From the NCBI GenBank assembly GCA_045544195.1, contig JAZPYO010000034.1, forward strand, positions 18,881 to 82,880: DNA of 64,000 bases, read 5' to 3'. Positions 37,024 to 46,324 of this stretch are shown here, in pieces. The position numbers and the translations under genes are program-made. The notes under the pieces were generated by a model that saw only the letters and a list, made by a program, of their open reading frames with translations, was not told the origin of the DNA and ran no database searches. Source of the stretch: Eubacteriales bacterium. Lineage in GTDB: Bacteria > Bacillota > Clostridia > Oscillospirales > CAG-272. The number at the start of each line of letters is the position of its first letter. Within the stretch, counting starts at the first letter, position 1.

Positions 37024-37872
37024 ATGAATTGCAAAAATATATCGGCTTATGCCAAGATCAATTTATTTCTTGAAGTCAGCGGTCGTTTGCCTGACGGGTA
37101 TCACCTTTTGCAAAGTGTTATGCATTCGGTAGATATATGCGACAGCGTTACGGTTACTCTCAATAATAGCGGGCAGTACACCGTTAATTGCTCTTCTGCT
37201 GAAATTCCGCCTGAAAGCAATCTTGCGATCAAGGCGGCAAAATGCTTTTACGAAAGCTCTTGCGCTGATTTTACGGGCGTACATATTGACATCGAAAAGC
37301 GTATACCGATGTGCGCAGGTCTTGCAGGCGGTTCAACAGATGCGGCAGCGGTATTTGTTGCGCTTAACAGCCTGCACGGAGAAATATTTACGCAGGAACA
37401 GCTTTGTGCGCTCGGTAAAAAGGTTGGTGCTGACGTCCCATTCTGCATACACAAAAAAGCAGCATTTGCGCAGGGAATAGGAGAGGTGTTGACCCCTGTT
37501 GAGCCGCTGCCCGAGTGTTATATAGTAGTTGCAATAGGAAGCGGAGAGCAGATAAGCACAAAATGGGCTTTTTCTCAGCTTGATGGCAATGAGGACAGAA
37601 GGATAAAAAGTGCCGATGATATACTGAACGCCATGAATAGCGGCGATATTGACAGTATCGGAAAAGAGCTGTACAATGTATTTGAAACAGTTTCTCCTCA
37701 TAATCGGCAGATAAAAAGCATTATGATGAAGCATTCTTCGTGCGGAGTTCTTATGAGCGGAAGCGGCCCGTCGATATTTGCTCTGTATAAAACGGAGACT
37801 GATGCAAAAAATGCAACACAGGAGCTTATCAGTAAGGGAAACCGTGCATTTTTTTGCACACCCATAAAATAA
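37024..37872 (+). CDS. ispE: 4-diphosphocytidyl-2-C-methyl-D-erythritol kinase
   Basis: AYAKINLFLEV start region and GHMP kinase motif IPMCAGLAGGSTDAAA. The start is trimmed to ATG 37024, downstream of the promoter. Confidence 0.9.
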   Translation: MNCKNISAYAKINLFLEVSGRLPDGYHLLQSVMHSVDICDSVTVTLNNSGQYTVNCSSAEIPPESNLAIKAAKCFYESSCADFTGVHIDIEKRIPMCAGLAGGSTDAAAVFVALNSLHGEIFTQEQLCALGKKVGADVPFCIHKKAAFAQGIGEVLTPVEPLPECYIVVAIGSGEQISTKWAFSQLDGNEDRRIKSADDILNAMNSGDIDSIGKELYNVFETVSPHNRQIKSIMMKHSSCGVLMSGSGPSIFALYKTETDAKNATQELISKGNRAFFCTPIK

Positions 37873-37880
37873 ACATAAAG

Positions 37881-37908
37881 AATACGGCAGAGTCATCTGC
37901 CGTATTTT
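37881..37908 (+). terminator. Rho-independent terminator after ispE
   Basis: AATACGGCAGA-gtca-TCTGCCGTATT followed by TTGATT. Confidence 0.65.
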
Positions 37909-37930
37909 GATTAAAAAAATCAAATTTCTA

Positions 37931-37959
37931 TTGATTTATTTATTTCTTTGTGATATAAT
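37931..37959 (+). promoter_or_regulatory. Sigma-A-type promoter with extended -10
   Basis: TTGATT (37931-37936), 17-nt spacer, TGaTATAAT (-10 at 37954-37959). Confidence 0.45.
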
Positions 37960-38021
37960 AAACAAAATAATGGGAAAGTATGCGGTAATGTTGTATGTGT
38001 GAAAAAACGAATGGGGAATAT

Positions 38022-39335
38022 ATGGGTATAAGCGATATGCTCCGTTCTTATGCACAGGGGGCAAACGCGAGATTTCATATGCCCGGGCACGGCGGGGTCG
38101 GCGTTATGGATCTTTCGTATGAATACGATGTGACCGAAAATTCCAAAACCGATAATTTGTACGATCCGTCGGATGACGGATATGTAGACTCAACGCTCAG
38201 AATGATCGAGCGTACGTATGGATCGCATGCAAGCATAATTTCTGCGCACGGAGCGACTGCGGCTATACAGTCATCTGTATACTGCTGCAGAGTCCTTAAG
38301 GGTAAGCGCTTTTTCGTTCATCGCAAGTGTCATGCATCGGTTATAAACGCTCTTGCTCTGTGCGACTGTGAAATGTCATACTTTACGGATGTCTTTCATC
38401 TTGAGGGTATGCTTGACTGTGTATGCGATGCAACGGTTATTCTTACAAGCCCTGATTATTACGGTGATATTGAACCTGTGAGCAAATATTCAGAGCTATG
38501 CAAAAAACACGGTATGTACCTGATAGTAGACAATTCGCACGGCGCGCATCTGCTGTGGTGCAGGGATAATATGCACCCTCTGGTACTCGGTGCTGATTTT
38601 TGCATTGATTCGATGCATAAGACGACACCTGCGCTTACAGGCGGCGCTTTGCTCCATTCGATGAGATGTGAAAGAGAGCTTATGCTTAAGGGCGTGCGTT
38701 TATTTGCATCCACCTCACCGTCATATCTCATCGCCGCCTCGGTCGAAAAAAGCGTTCAGCTTATGAACGATCGCGGAAAGGAGCTTCTTTCTGTTCTTCA
38801 GGCGGAATTATCCGAGCTTTCAGAAAAGCTTGAAGGCATAGGGCTTTGCAGATACAAGGGCGAATTATATGATGTGTGCAGATTTACACTTGCATCACAG
38901 AGCCATAACGGTAAATACTACGATATGACAAAAGTATGTGACTATCTTGCACAAAACGGTGTGGTTGCGGAATTTGCAAGTAAGGATAAATGTGTTTTTA
39001 TCGTTCCCGTTTTTACGAAGAAAAGCGATCTGCAACGGCTTTTCGATCTTTTGACATCGTTTACAAAAGAGTTCAGACCCGATCGCACAGGCAAGCTGTG
39101 CGATGCCTTTCCAACGCCAAGAACGGCAATGGGTATAAAGCAGGCGTTGCTTTCACATAATGAGAAAATACCGATCATATCCGCAGTTGGCAGAGTGTCA
39201 GCGCAGATAAAATATGTCTATCCTCCGGGAATACCGATAGTTTTGCCGGGCGACATTATAGACAGGCAGACTGTCTGCATCCTTGCGGAAAATAATATAA
39301 CAGATATAGAAGTTGTATCAGATGAAAAAGGTTAA
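38022..39335 (+). CDS. Orn/Lys/Arg decarboxylase-family PLP enzyme (YaaO-like)
   Basis: FHMPGHGG N-terminal motif and PLP-lysine motif DSMHKTTPALTGGALLH. Its position upstream of holB-yaaT mirrors the Bacillus yaaO region. The start could be 37995 or 38022. Confidence 0.8.
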   Translation: MGISDMLRSYAQGANARFHMPGHGGVGVMDLSYEYDVTENSKTDNLYDPSDDGYVDSTLRMIERTYGSHASIISAHGATAAIQSSVYCCRVLKGKRFFVHRKCHASVINALALCDCEMSYFTDVFHLEGMLDCVCDATVILTSPDYYGDIEPVSKYSELCKKHGMYLIVDNSHGAHLLWCRDNMHPLVLGADFCIDSMHKTTPALTGGALLHSMRCERELMLKGVRLFASTSPSYLIAASVEKSVQLMNDRGKELLSVLQAELSELSEKLEGIGLCRYKGELYDVCRFTLASQSHNGKYYDMTKVCDYLAQNGVVAEFASKDKCVFIVPVFTKKSDLQRLFDLLTSFTKEFRPDRTGKLCDAFPTPRTAMGIKQALLSHNEKIPIISAVGRVSAQIKYVYPPGIPIVLPGDIIDRQTVCILAENNITDIEVVSDEKG

Positions 39336-40332
39336 AATTGACCGTTTATACGGCAATGAGTCAATTAAAAAATATATTGAGGATCGGATAAGCAATGGCG
39401 ATCTTTTTCACGCCGTGATCCTGTCAGGAAAAGAGGGAAGCGGAAAAAGCACTCTTGCAAAGCAGATGGTCTCTGCTATCGCATGCCGATCGCTGAATGC
39501 TCCGTGTGGACAGTGCGATGCTTGTAAAAAAATATTGAACGATGAGTGCGTTGACGTTCACACAATAAAATTGCCCGAAGGCAGAAGCTTTGTTCCGATC
39601 GATAGCATAAGAGCCATATATGACACGATAGCTTATAAGCCCAATGACCTTGATTTCAAGGTGTACCTTATTCAAAAGGGCGACAAAATGCTTCCTTTAG
39701 CACAGAATGCACTGCTGAAGCTGCTCGAAGAGCCGCCGGAAAATGTGTACTTTTTTATACTTTGCGAGGATGAAAAAAAGCTGTTACCTACAATCCGCTC
39801 ACGGTGTGAGGTCTTTCGTCTGCAGGAGTTTTCCGCAGAGGAATTGGAAAGGTATCTGCGTGACAATTTTGAATATGGCGATCACAAAACCGCTTCATCA
39901 CTTGCTCAGGGCTCGCTCGGTCTTGCTGTAAAGATGCTAAGCGGTGACGATCCCGCCATAAAACGCAGACAAATTTCCGACAGACTCGTCGAGCTGTTGC
40001 TTGACAGATCTGTAAGCGAATTTGAATTTATATCGTTTCAACACGAGAATATTAAATCGTTACAGGAGCTTTTTGAAATATATAGACTTTTGCTTTCCGC
40101 CTTGCGTGATATTCTTGCCGCAAAGGAAAGTGACTTCACAGAGCTTTTATACTATGAAAACACAGAAAAGCTCGATGATCACGCCAACCGCTATTCGTCT
40201 TATACGTTGGCTTCGATGTGTAAGGTGCTGTTGGATGTTTTATCAAACGAAACGGTAAATACACGCTTGCCCCTTACGATAACGAGTGCATCATCAATGC
40301 TGTGGGATATGAAATTTAACGGAGAAAAATAA
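39322..40332 (+). CDS. holB: DNA polymerase III subunit delta'
   Basis: HAVILSGKEGSGKSTLAK P-loop-like segment, Zn module CGQCDACKK and SRC motif PTIRSRCEVF. ATG 39322 sits inside the TTG-initiated ORF. Confidence 0.8.
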   Translation: MKKVKIDRLYGNESIKKYIEDRISNGDLFHAVILSGKEGSGKSTLAKQMVSAIACRSLNAPCGQCDACKKILNDECVDVHTIKLPEGRSFVPIDSIRAIYDTIAYKPNDLDFKVYLIQKGDKMLPLAQNALLKLLEEPPENVYFFILCEDEKKLLPTIRSRCEVFRLQEFSAEELERYLRDNFEYGDHKTASSLAQGSLGLAVKMLSGDDPAIKRRQISDRLVELLLDRSVSEFEFISFQHENIKSLQELFEIYRLLLSALRDILAAKESDFTELLYYENTEKLDDHANRYSSYTLASMCKVLLDVLSNETVNTRLPLTITSASSMLWDMKFNGEK

Positions 40333-41453
40333 TGTCAGAAATAAAAACAAACAAGAATAAGAATTTCGGTTACAAAAAGGGATACCGTAAGCCGTATCAG
40401 AATAAAAATGCATCTGATAAGGAAGGAAATGCAATATCATCTGCTCAGAGCGTGAAAGCGCAAAAAAGGGCAGATTATACACCGCCCATAATTGATATAC
40501 CTGAGGATATGATCCCTATGCCGCTGACACCTGAGCCCGAAAAGGAGTACGATCTCACATTTAACGGCGAGTTTGTTACCATCATAGAAGAACCAAAGGA
40601 AAAAACGTATGAGATCGTTGGGGTGAAATTTGACAATTCCGAGAAGGTATATTATTTCGATCCCAAGGAAAAAAAATATACCAGCGGCGATCACGTTATT
40701 GTAGAAACAGCAAGAGGGCTTGAATTCGGCGAGATCACCGTTGAAAATAAATGCGTTCCCGAAAAAGAGGTGGTTTTGCCTCTTCGCTGTGTAGTCCGTC
40801 TTGCAACAGAAGATGACGAAGCTAAAAACAAGGAAAACGCAGAAAAGGAAAAGCAGGCGCTTATCGAATGTGAAAAGCTCGTTTTAAAGCACGAATTGCC
40901 GATGAAGCTCGTAGAAGCTGAATATACGTTCGATAACACGAAGCTCCTGTTTTACTTCACCTCTGATTCGAGAGTTGATTTCAGAGAGCTTGTAAAGGAT
41001 CTTGCTTCTTTGTTTAAAACAAGGATAGAATTAAGACAGATCGGAATACGCGATGAGGCAAAAATGATGGGCGGACTCGGCATTTGCGGCAGAGTTTTCT
41101 GCTGTAAGGCGTTTCTTGCCGATTGCGGTCAGGTGTCAATGAAAATGGCAAAAGAACAGAATCTTTCGCTTAACTCGGCAAAAATATCGGGCACGTGCGG
41201 AAGACTTATGTGCTGCCTAAAATTTGAACACGAAACGTATGAAGAAGAAGCAAGACTTACGCCCAAGGTGGATTCATTGGTACGTACGCCCGACGGTGAC
41301 GGAGTGGTAGTTGATTCAGCACCGCTTGCGGGTACTGTGAATGTAAGACTTTCCTCAGCTCCCGATGCGCCTGCAAAGCAGTATCACAGAGATGATGTAA
41401 AGAGCATCGGATATGTGAAGCGAGAGAAAAACGAAGCAGAGGCGAAAAACTGA
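40332..41453 (+). CDS. yaaT: PSP1-domain protein (YaaT/RicT family) with N- and C-terminal extensions
   Basis: IVGVKFDNSEKVYYFDP...VIVETARGLEFGEI and the Cys cluster GICGRVFCCKAFL...GTCGRLMCCLKFE are present. The start overlaps the holB stop (TAATG). Confidence 0.85.
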   Translation: MSEIKTNKNKNFGYKKGYRKPYQNKNASDKEGNAISSAQSVKAQKRADYTPPIIDIPEDMIPMPLTPEPEKEYDLTFNGEFVTIIEEPKEKTYEIVGVKFDNSEKVYYFDPKEKKYTSGDHVIVETARGLEFGEITVENKCVPEKEVVLPLRCVVRLATEDDEAKNKENAEKEKQALIECEKLVLKHELPMKLVEAEYTFDNTKLLFYFTSDSRVDFRELVKDLASLFKTRIELRQIGIRDEAKMMGGLGICGRVFCCKAFLADCGQVSMKMAKEQNLSLNSAKISGTCGRLMCCLKFEHETYEEEARLTPKVDSLVRTPDGDGVVVDSAPLAGTVNVRLSSAPDAPAKQYHRDDVKSIGYVKREKNEAEAKN

Positions 41454-41454
41454 T

Positions 41455-42591
41455 ATGAAGTTTCTTGTTATGTCCGTTACTGCAGGTGAAGGTCATAATA
41501 TCACTGCAAGTGCGGTAAAAGAGGGGTTTGAGCATCTCGGTCACGAATGTCAGATACTTGATACGTACGACTATATAAACCGACTGCTTGCAAAATCGCT
41601 CGATAAGGGATATCTTTCTGCAACAAAATATCTGGAATCTTGGTATGCGAAGGGCTATAAGTGGTTTGAGGACATAGGTCCTGAAAGCGATTTCAGGACG
41701 GTTTTCAGAGCAACTCACGCAGTTGTTGCCAAAAAAATAGTAAGCTATATTTACGACTACGCACCTGATGCTATATTCGTCACACATTCGTTTGCCGCCT
41801 CGTTGCTTGACGTTATCCGTGAAAAGTATATAATCGGCTGTAAGATATACGGCATAGTTACCGATTTTTGTATGCATCCGTTCTGGGAAGAGGCTACACA
41901 TATAGATTACGTTGTTGTAGCTAATGAGCTGATGGAGCATCAGGCGAGAAAAAAAGGCTTTGATAAAGAACAGATATTGCCGTTTGGTATTCCTATCAAG
42001 CTGAAATTTGATAAAAAATGCTCCGATGAGGAAAAAAGACAGTTTAAAAAGAAGCACGGCTTTGACGAAAATCTGCTTACAGTCATCGTTATGGGCGGAA
42101 GTATGGGATACGGCAATATAGAAAACAGTATCTCTATGCTTGACTCTCTCGATCTCAATATGCAGATAGGTGTAATTTGCGGTAAAAATCAGAAGATCTT
42201 CAATAGTCTTTCCGAAATGACATTTAAAAAGAACGTAAGAGTATTCGGCTATATTGATTTTGTAGACGAGCTTATGGAATGTGCTGACGTTTTTGTTTCA
42301 AAGCCCGGCGGACTTACAACGTCTGAGGCGCTCGCAAAGGGACTTGCTATGGTAATAGTAAATCCTATTCCCGGTATTGAGGACAGAAATGCAGATTTTT
42401 TGTGTAATAACGGTGTTGCGATGCGCGTTACGGACGCGTATGATCTTCCCGATATAATTTTCCAGTATTTCAGATTTCCTGAAAAGCTTGAGAATATGAG
42501 AAAGAATATTGCTATCATAGCAAAGCCGTCATCAACACTGGAATTGTGTCGCTTTGCAGAAAAAAGAGTCATAAAAGATAGATTATTGTAA
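41455..42591 (+). CDS. GT28-family diacylglycerol glycosyltransferase (UgtP / MGDG-synthase-like)
   Basis: LVMSVTAGEGHNITASAV N-terminal motif and VSKPGGLTTSEALAKGLAMVIVNPIPGIEDRNADFL C-terminal motif, parallel to B. subtilis UgtP. Confidence 0.75.
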   Translation: MKFLVMSVTAGEGHNITASAVKEGFEHLGHECQILDTYDYINRLLAKSLDKGYLSATKYLESWYAKGYKWFEDIGPESDFRTVFRATHAVVAKKIVSYIYDYAPDAIFVTHSFAASLLDVIREKYIIGCKIYGIVTDFCMHPFWEEATHIDYVVVANELMEHQARKKGFDKEQILPFGIPIKLKFDKKCSDEEKRQFKKKHGFDENLLTVIVMGGSMGYGNIENSISMLDSLDLNMQIGVICGKNQKIFNSLSEMTFKKNVRVFGYIDFVDELMECADVFVSKPGGLTTSEALAKGLAMVIVNPIPGIEDRNADFLCNNGVAMRVTDAYDLPDIIFQYFRFPEKLENMRKNIAIIAKPSSTLELCRFAEKRVIKDRLL

Positions 42592-42692
42592 GAAATTACA
42601 TCTATTATTAATGAATAATTAATAATTGTGTGTTACGATTAGTTGTTTAAACAGAAATGTTTTATAACTAACTTTGTATTGAGGTAAGGAAA

Positions 42693-43757
42693 ATGAAATT
42701 TAAGAGAATAGGTGTTTTAACATCGGGCGGTGATGCACCCGGTATGAATGCGGCAGTTCGTGCGGTCGTTCGTACGGCAATCGGAAGCGGAGTTGAAGAG
42801 GTATACGGTATATACGGCGGCTATAAGGGACTTATTGATAATGATATGGAAAAGCTCGATATCAGAAGCGTATCCAACATTATCTCAAGAGGCGGCACTA
42901 TGCTCTATTCTGCGCGCTGCAATGAGTTCAAAACCGAAGAGGGTATGCAGCGAGCTGTGCAGGTCTGCAAGGACAGAAAAATAGACGGAATTATTGCCAT
43001 AGGCGGCGACGGCACATTCAGAGGCGCAACAGACCTTACAAACAGAGGAATCCCCTGTATCGGTATACCCGCAACGATAGATAATGATATTTCTTCTACG
43101 GACTACACCATAGGCTTTGAAACTGCTATGACAACTGTTGCAGACCTTATTGACAAGCTGCGTGACACGTGCGAATCACATGCGCGCTGCAGCGTTGTTG
43201 AGGTTATGGGTAAGTATGCAGGAGATATAGCCATAAACACAGGTATTGCCACAGGTGCTATCGCGGTTGCGGTAAGAGAGATTCCGTTTGATGAGGAAAA
43301 GGCTATTGCAAAGATAGCTAAGGCAAGAGAAAATAAAAAGCGTAATATCATCGTTATTGTTGCAGAGGGCAAAACAGATTACGCAGAGGGGTTTGCGGAG
43401 CGTATTGAAAAGGCAACAGGAATCGAAACGAGATTTACACGCTTCGGCCACGTTCAAAGAGGCGGCATTCCTACTGTAAGAGACAGAGTCACAGCATCCC
43501 GTATGGGTAAGGCAGCCGTTGTTGAGCTTCTCAACGGAAAGAGTAATCTTGTAATTTGTGAAAGAAAAGGTGTCATCACTTCGATGGACATCAATAAAGC
43601 TTTGAAGATAGACAGAATGTTTAAAAACCTTATGACTGACGCTGAATATGCAGAGCTTGAAAAAGAAGGCGTTCTTGAAGAAATGCGCGCTCACTGCGAG
43701 GAAAGAGCTGCAGCAAAGCTCGAGCTTTATAAGCTGTCAGAAGAGATCTGCAAATAA
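42693..43757 (+). CDS. pfkA: ATP-dependent 6-phosphofructokinase
   Basis: RIGVLTSGGDAPGMNAAVRAVVR, IGGDGTFRGA, PATIDNDI and GHVQRGG are present. Confidence 0.93.
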   Translation: MKFKRIGVLTSGGDAPGMNAAVRAVVRTAIGSGVEEVYGIYGGYKGLIDNDMEKLDIRSVSNIISRGGTMLYSARCNEFKTEEGMQRAVQVCKDRKIDGIIAIGGDGTFRGATDLTNRGIPCIGIPATIDNDISSTDYTIGFETAMTTVADLIDKLRDTCESHARCSVVEVMGKYAGDIAINTGIATGAIAVAVREIPFDEEKAIAKIAKARENKKRNIIVIVAEGKTDYAEGFAERIEKATGIETRFTRFGHVQRGGIPTVRDRVTASRMGKAAVVELLNGKSNLVICERKGVITSMDINKALKIDRMFKNLMTDAEYAELEKEGVLEEMRAHCEERAAAKLELYKLSEEICK

Positions 43758-43840
43758 AATAATGTACATAAAGCGCACCGTTTGCAGTCTTTGAAGGCAT
43801 GCCATATGTGCGCTTTAAAATTTTTAAGGTGGGGTGAAAT

Positions 43841-45577
43841 ATGAAAAAATTATTTTCGATGCTTACAGCGATTTGTATTCTTTTATCTGCTACTGTGACT
43901 GTATCTGCTGCGGCGGACCCCGATGCTCCGTATTGCAATCCTGACTACATTTTTTATGATTGTGCAAAGGTGATATACGATACACTGTACGATTTTGACA
44001 ACTATGAGGAAAATACGGAAACCGAAGACCCCAATGACTATTTGGTGTGTGTCGATATTACAGGCTGCGGAGTTACCTCGGGAAATTTGCAGAGCTTTAT
44101 CAATTCGGTATTCCGACAGATGACGGAGGTCTTTTTTATTGACGGTCATTCGATAGGCGTCAGAAGCTCCGCAAGCGGTATTTCTGCCCTGTATATGAAT
44201 ACTATTTTCGATCTTGAAACCATAAAGAAAGCAGTAGAAAAGGTAGACAGTGTAGTAAACGATATTATACAGCAGGCATCTGATATACCGACAATTCAGG
44301 AAAAAGCACTTTTTGTACATAACTACCTTGCACTTAATAACAGATATAATTCTGATATTCTTGCAGGAGTACCAAGCACCTCTGTTCCGTATACAGTCTT
44401 CAATATTTACGGTGCTTTGGTTGACCATAATGCAGTGTGTCAGGGATATGCGCTTGCATTTAATCATATAATGCGCCGTATGGGCTGTAGGGCAGATTTC
44501 GTTATGAGCACTGCGCTCAATCACGGCTGGAGTCTTATAGAAATTGACGGATATTGGTACCATGTTGATGTTACGTGGGACGACCCGACATACGATAAAT
44601 GCGGAAATCTTGATTACGAAAATTTCCTTTTGAGCGATGCGGGCATCAAGGCTACCGGACATGATTCCTTCGACAGCTTTTCACAGGCAAATGCGACGAC
44701 TACGGATTACAAGATAGGCGACAAATACGATACGTTGTATTTACACGACAAATCAAAGACTAAAAATAATGTTGTCTATAATGACGGCTTGTGGTATTTC
44801 GTCAGAATAAACGGCAAGGGCAAATATGATATATGTACTACCGAAGACATTTTTGCGACCTCTGAAGAATTGCAGTATACCGTTGTGAAAAGCATTTCTT
44901 CTATGTGGTATGCGCAAAGCGGCGGATTTTACCCTACGATCTCACCGTCGATTTTCAAATACGATGACAGACTCTTTTACTCGGTTGCAGATGCAGTGTA
45001 TGTATGTGACTTTGATATGAGTAATGAAAGCGTTGTTTTCAAGCCCCAAAAGCCGAACAATTATACAAATCTTTACGGTATACTTATTGATAACGACGTT
45101 TTGTACTATCAGCTGCTTGATACGCCGAACTGCACACAAAACGAGCCGCTTTCATCATATCAGCTCAAAAAAGCGGATATTCTGTTTGCGACTAATTCCG
45201 ATCTTTATATTTCAGACGGTGTAATTTTCGGTGTTATGGGCGAGATAACCGCAAGAGATCTTATGTTCAATGTCATCAATTCCAAAAATGTATATTTTGG
45301 AGAAGATATTCATGGCAACGGCTCGTGCCTTGTTAAAAACGGAGATAAGCTGTATGTTTACGGTGACGGCGATATGGTTTCCTGCGGATATACGGTTATA
45401 ATTTCCGGCGACGTAAACCGTGACGGCAAGGTCAATACGTATGATATAATACGCTTGAAAAAGCTCTTGAACGGTGCTTCTGCTTCAAGTGAGGATATGA
45501 TGTATTTCGATGTCGATCTTAACGGAGAGCTTAATGAAAGCGATCTTGATCTTCTTGTTTCGCTTGTAACGGAATAA
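43841..45577 (+). CDS. Secreted dockerin-containing transglutaminase-like cysteine-peptidase-fold protein
   Basis: Signal peptide (AICILLSATVTVSA) and an intact core: VCQGYALAF (Cys), LNHGWSLIEI (His) and HVDVTWDD (Asp). The middle region is beta-rich, and the C-terminus is a dockerin. The core is clearly paralogous to the 10161-11369 product. Confidence 0.75.
   Translation: MKKLFSMLTAICILLSATVTVSAAADPDAPYCNPDYIFYDCAKVIYDTLYDFDNYEENTETEDPNDYLVCVDITGCGVTSGNLQSFINSVFRQMTEVFFIDGHSIGVRSSASGISALYMNTIFDLETIKKAVEKVDSVVNDIIQQASDIPTIQEKALFVHNYLALNNRYNSDILAGVPSTSVPYTVFNIYGALVDHNAVCQGYALAFNHIMRRMGCRADFVMSTALNHGWSLIEIDGYWYHVDVTWDDPTYDKCGNLDYENFLLSDAGIKATGHDSFDSFSQANATTTDYKIGDKYDTLYLHDKSKTKNNVVYNDGLWYFVRINGKGKYDICTTEDIFATSEELQYTVVKSISSMWYAQSGGFYPTISPSIFKYDDRLFYSVADAVYVCDFDMSNESVVFKPQKPNNYTNLYGILIDNDVLYYQLLDTPNCTQNEPLSSYQLKKADILFATNSDLYISDGVIFGVMGEITARDLMFNVINSKNVYFGEDIHGNGSCLVKNGDKLYVYGDGDMVSCGYTVIISGDVNRDGKVNTYDIIRLKKLLNGASASSEDMMYFDVDLNGELNESDLDLLVSLVTE
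45407..45574 (+). other. Type-I dockerin module
   Basis: GDVNRDGKVNTYDIIRLKKLL ... FDVDLNGELNESDLDLLVSLV. Confidence 0.8.
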
Positions 45578-45694
45578 TGAATAGTAATACCCCCTTTTGC
45601 ATATCATTTTTTGAGGTGATATACAATAGGGGGTAAATTTTCTTTATACAGATGGCGTTGCCGATCTTACAAAAAACGCAGGAAAATCTTCGCT

Positions 45695-46321
45695 GTGATC
45701 TTGCTTTTGCTTTTGTTAATTGGATTTTTCGCCGTTGATAAAATTATTTCGCCGACAGTACTGTCCTTTGCTAAAACCGCACTTGAGGGTGAAATATCAA
45801 AATGCATCAATGATAGCGTTATGCAGGTAATACAAAGCGAGGATGTAGAATTTGAAACCATATATAAAACAGTAAAAAATGCAGATGATTCGGTATCGGC
45901 AATATTTTTAAACGCATCACAGGCAAACAGGATCAAGGCGCTTATTACAGAAAGAGTTATCGAAAATATCGAAAACATGGATACAAAAATAGAAATTCCG
46001 ATAGGAAATCTTACCGATAGTATTTTCTTTTCGGGAAAGGGAAGACGTATTAAGGTCGATGTACTTACGGTAAGCTCAGTTGAAAACAGATTAGAAAACA
46101 GAACAGAGGACAGCGGCATCAATCAGACGCATCTGTCCTCATATATAGTTATAAATGCAAGTGTTTGCGCAAGAATAGGCAGTGAAAGCATTAATACAGA
46201 GGCAAACGGCGAGATAATGCTATGTGATACTGTAATAGTCGGTAAGGTTCCGGATTCGTTTACCAGCATCGATGTGCTTGACGAGCAAACGCGCCTGTGG
46301 CTTCAATCGTATAAAAAATAA
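45695..46321 (+). CDS. yunB: Sporulation protein YunB
   Basis: N-terminal TM helix, then IPIGNLTDSIFFSGKGRRIKVDV, GINQTHLSSYIVINASV and TVIVGKVPDSF, which parallel B. subtilis YunB. GTG start behind CAGGAAA; the exact start is uncertain. Confidence 0.7.
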   Translation: MILLLLLLIGFFAVDKIISPTVLSFAKTALEGEISKCINDSVMQVIQSEDVEFETIYKTVKNADDSVSAIFLNASQANRIKALITERVIENIENMDTKIEIPIGNLTDSIFFSGKGRRIKVDVLTVSSVENRLENRTEDSGINQTHLSSYIVINASVCARIGSESINTEANGEIMLCDTVIVGKVPDSFTSIDVLDEQTRLWLQSYKK

Positions 46322-46324
46322 TGC

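Noticed and set aside
41257-42057. Long antisense ORFs: 266 aa here, plus 43883-44662 (259 aa), 54931-55632 (233 aa), 52679-53317 (212 aa), 37333-37923 (196 aa), 43176-43694 (172 aa) and 25941-26432 (163 aa).
   Set aside because: Each lies fully inside, and antisense to, a gene with strong recognisable homology. They have odd composition (rich in C, R, F, I and Y), no RBS and no recognisable motifs. They are typical shadow ORFs.
45588-45635. A sigma-E-type sporulation promoter upstream of yunB (ATAT...N15...ATACAAT).
   Set aside because: The same nucleotides form a nested hairpin (TACCCCCT...ATATCA...TGATAT...AGGGGGTA) that more simply serves as the terminator of the upstream dockerin gene. 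A by-eye match to a degenerate sigma-E consensus is not reliable.
45620-45694. A possible longer YunB N-terminus. The frame upstream of GTG 45695 is open and encodes a basic stretch (RWRCRSYKKRRKIFA) like the positive N-terminus of Bacillus YunB. An ATG at 45652 lies in a different frame, which hints at a 1-nt indel.
   Set aside because: There is no canonical start codon in frame upstream. GTG 45695 has a plausible CAGGAAA RBS at correct spacing. The basic residues may simply reflect the A-rich sequence. It cannot be resolved without ortholog alignment or read-level data.
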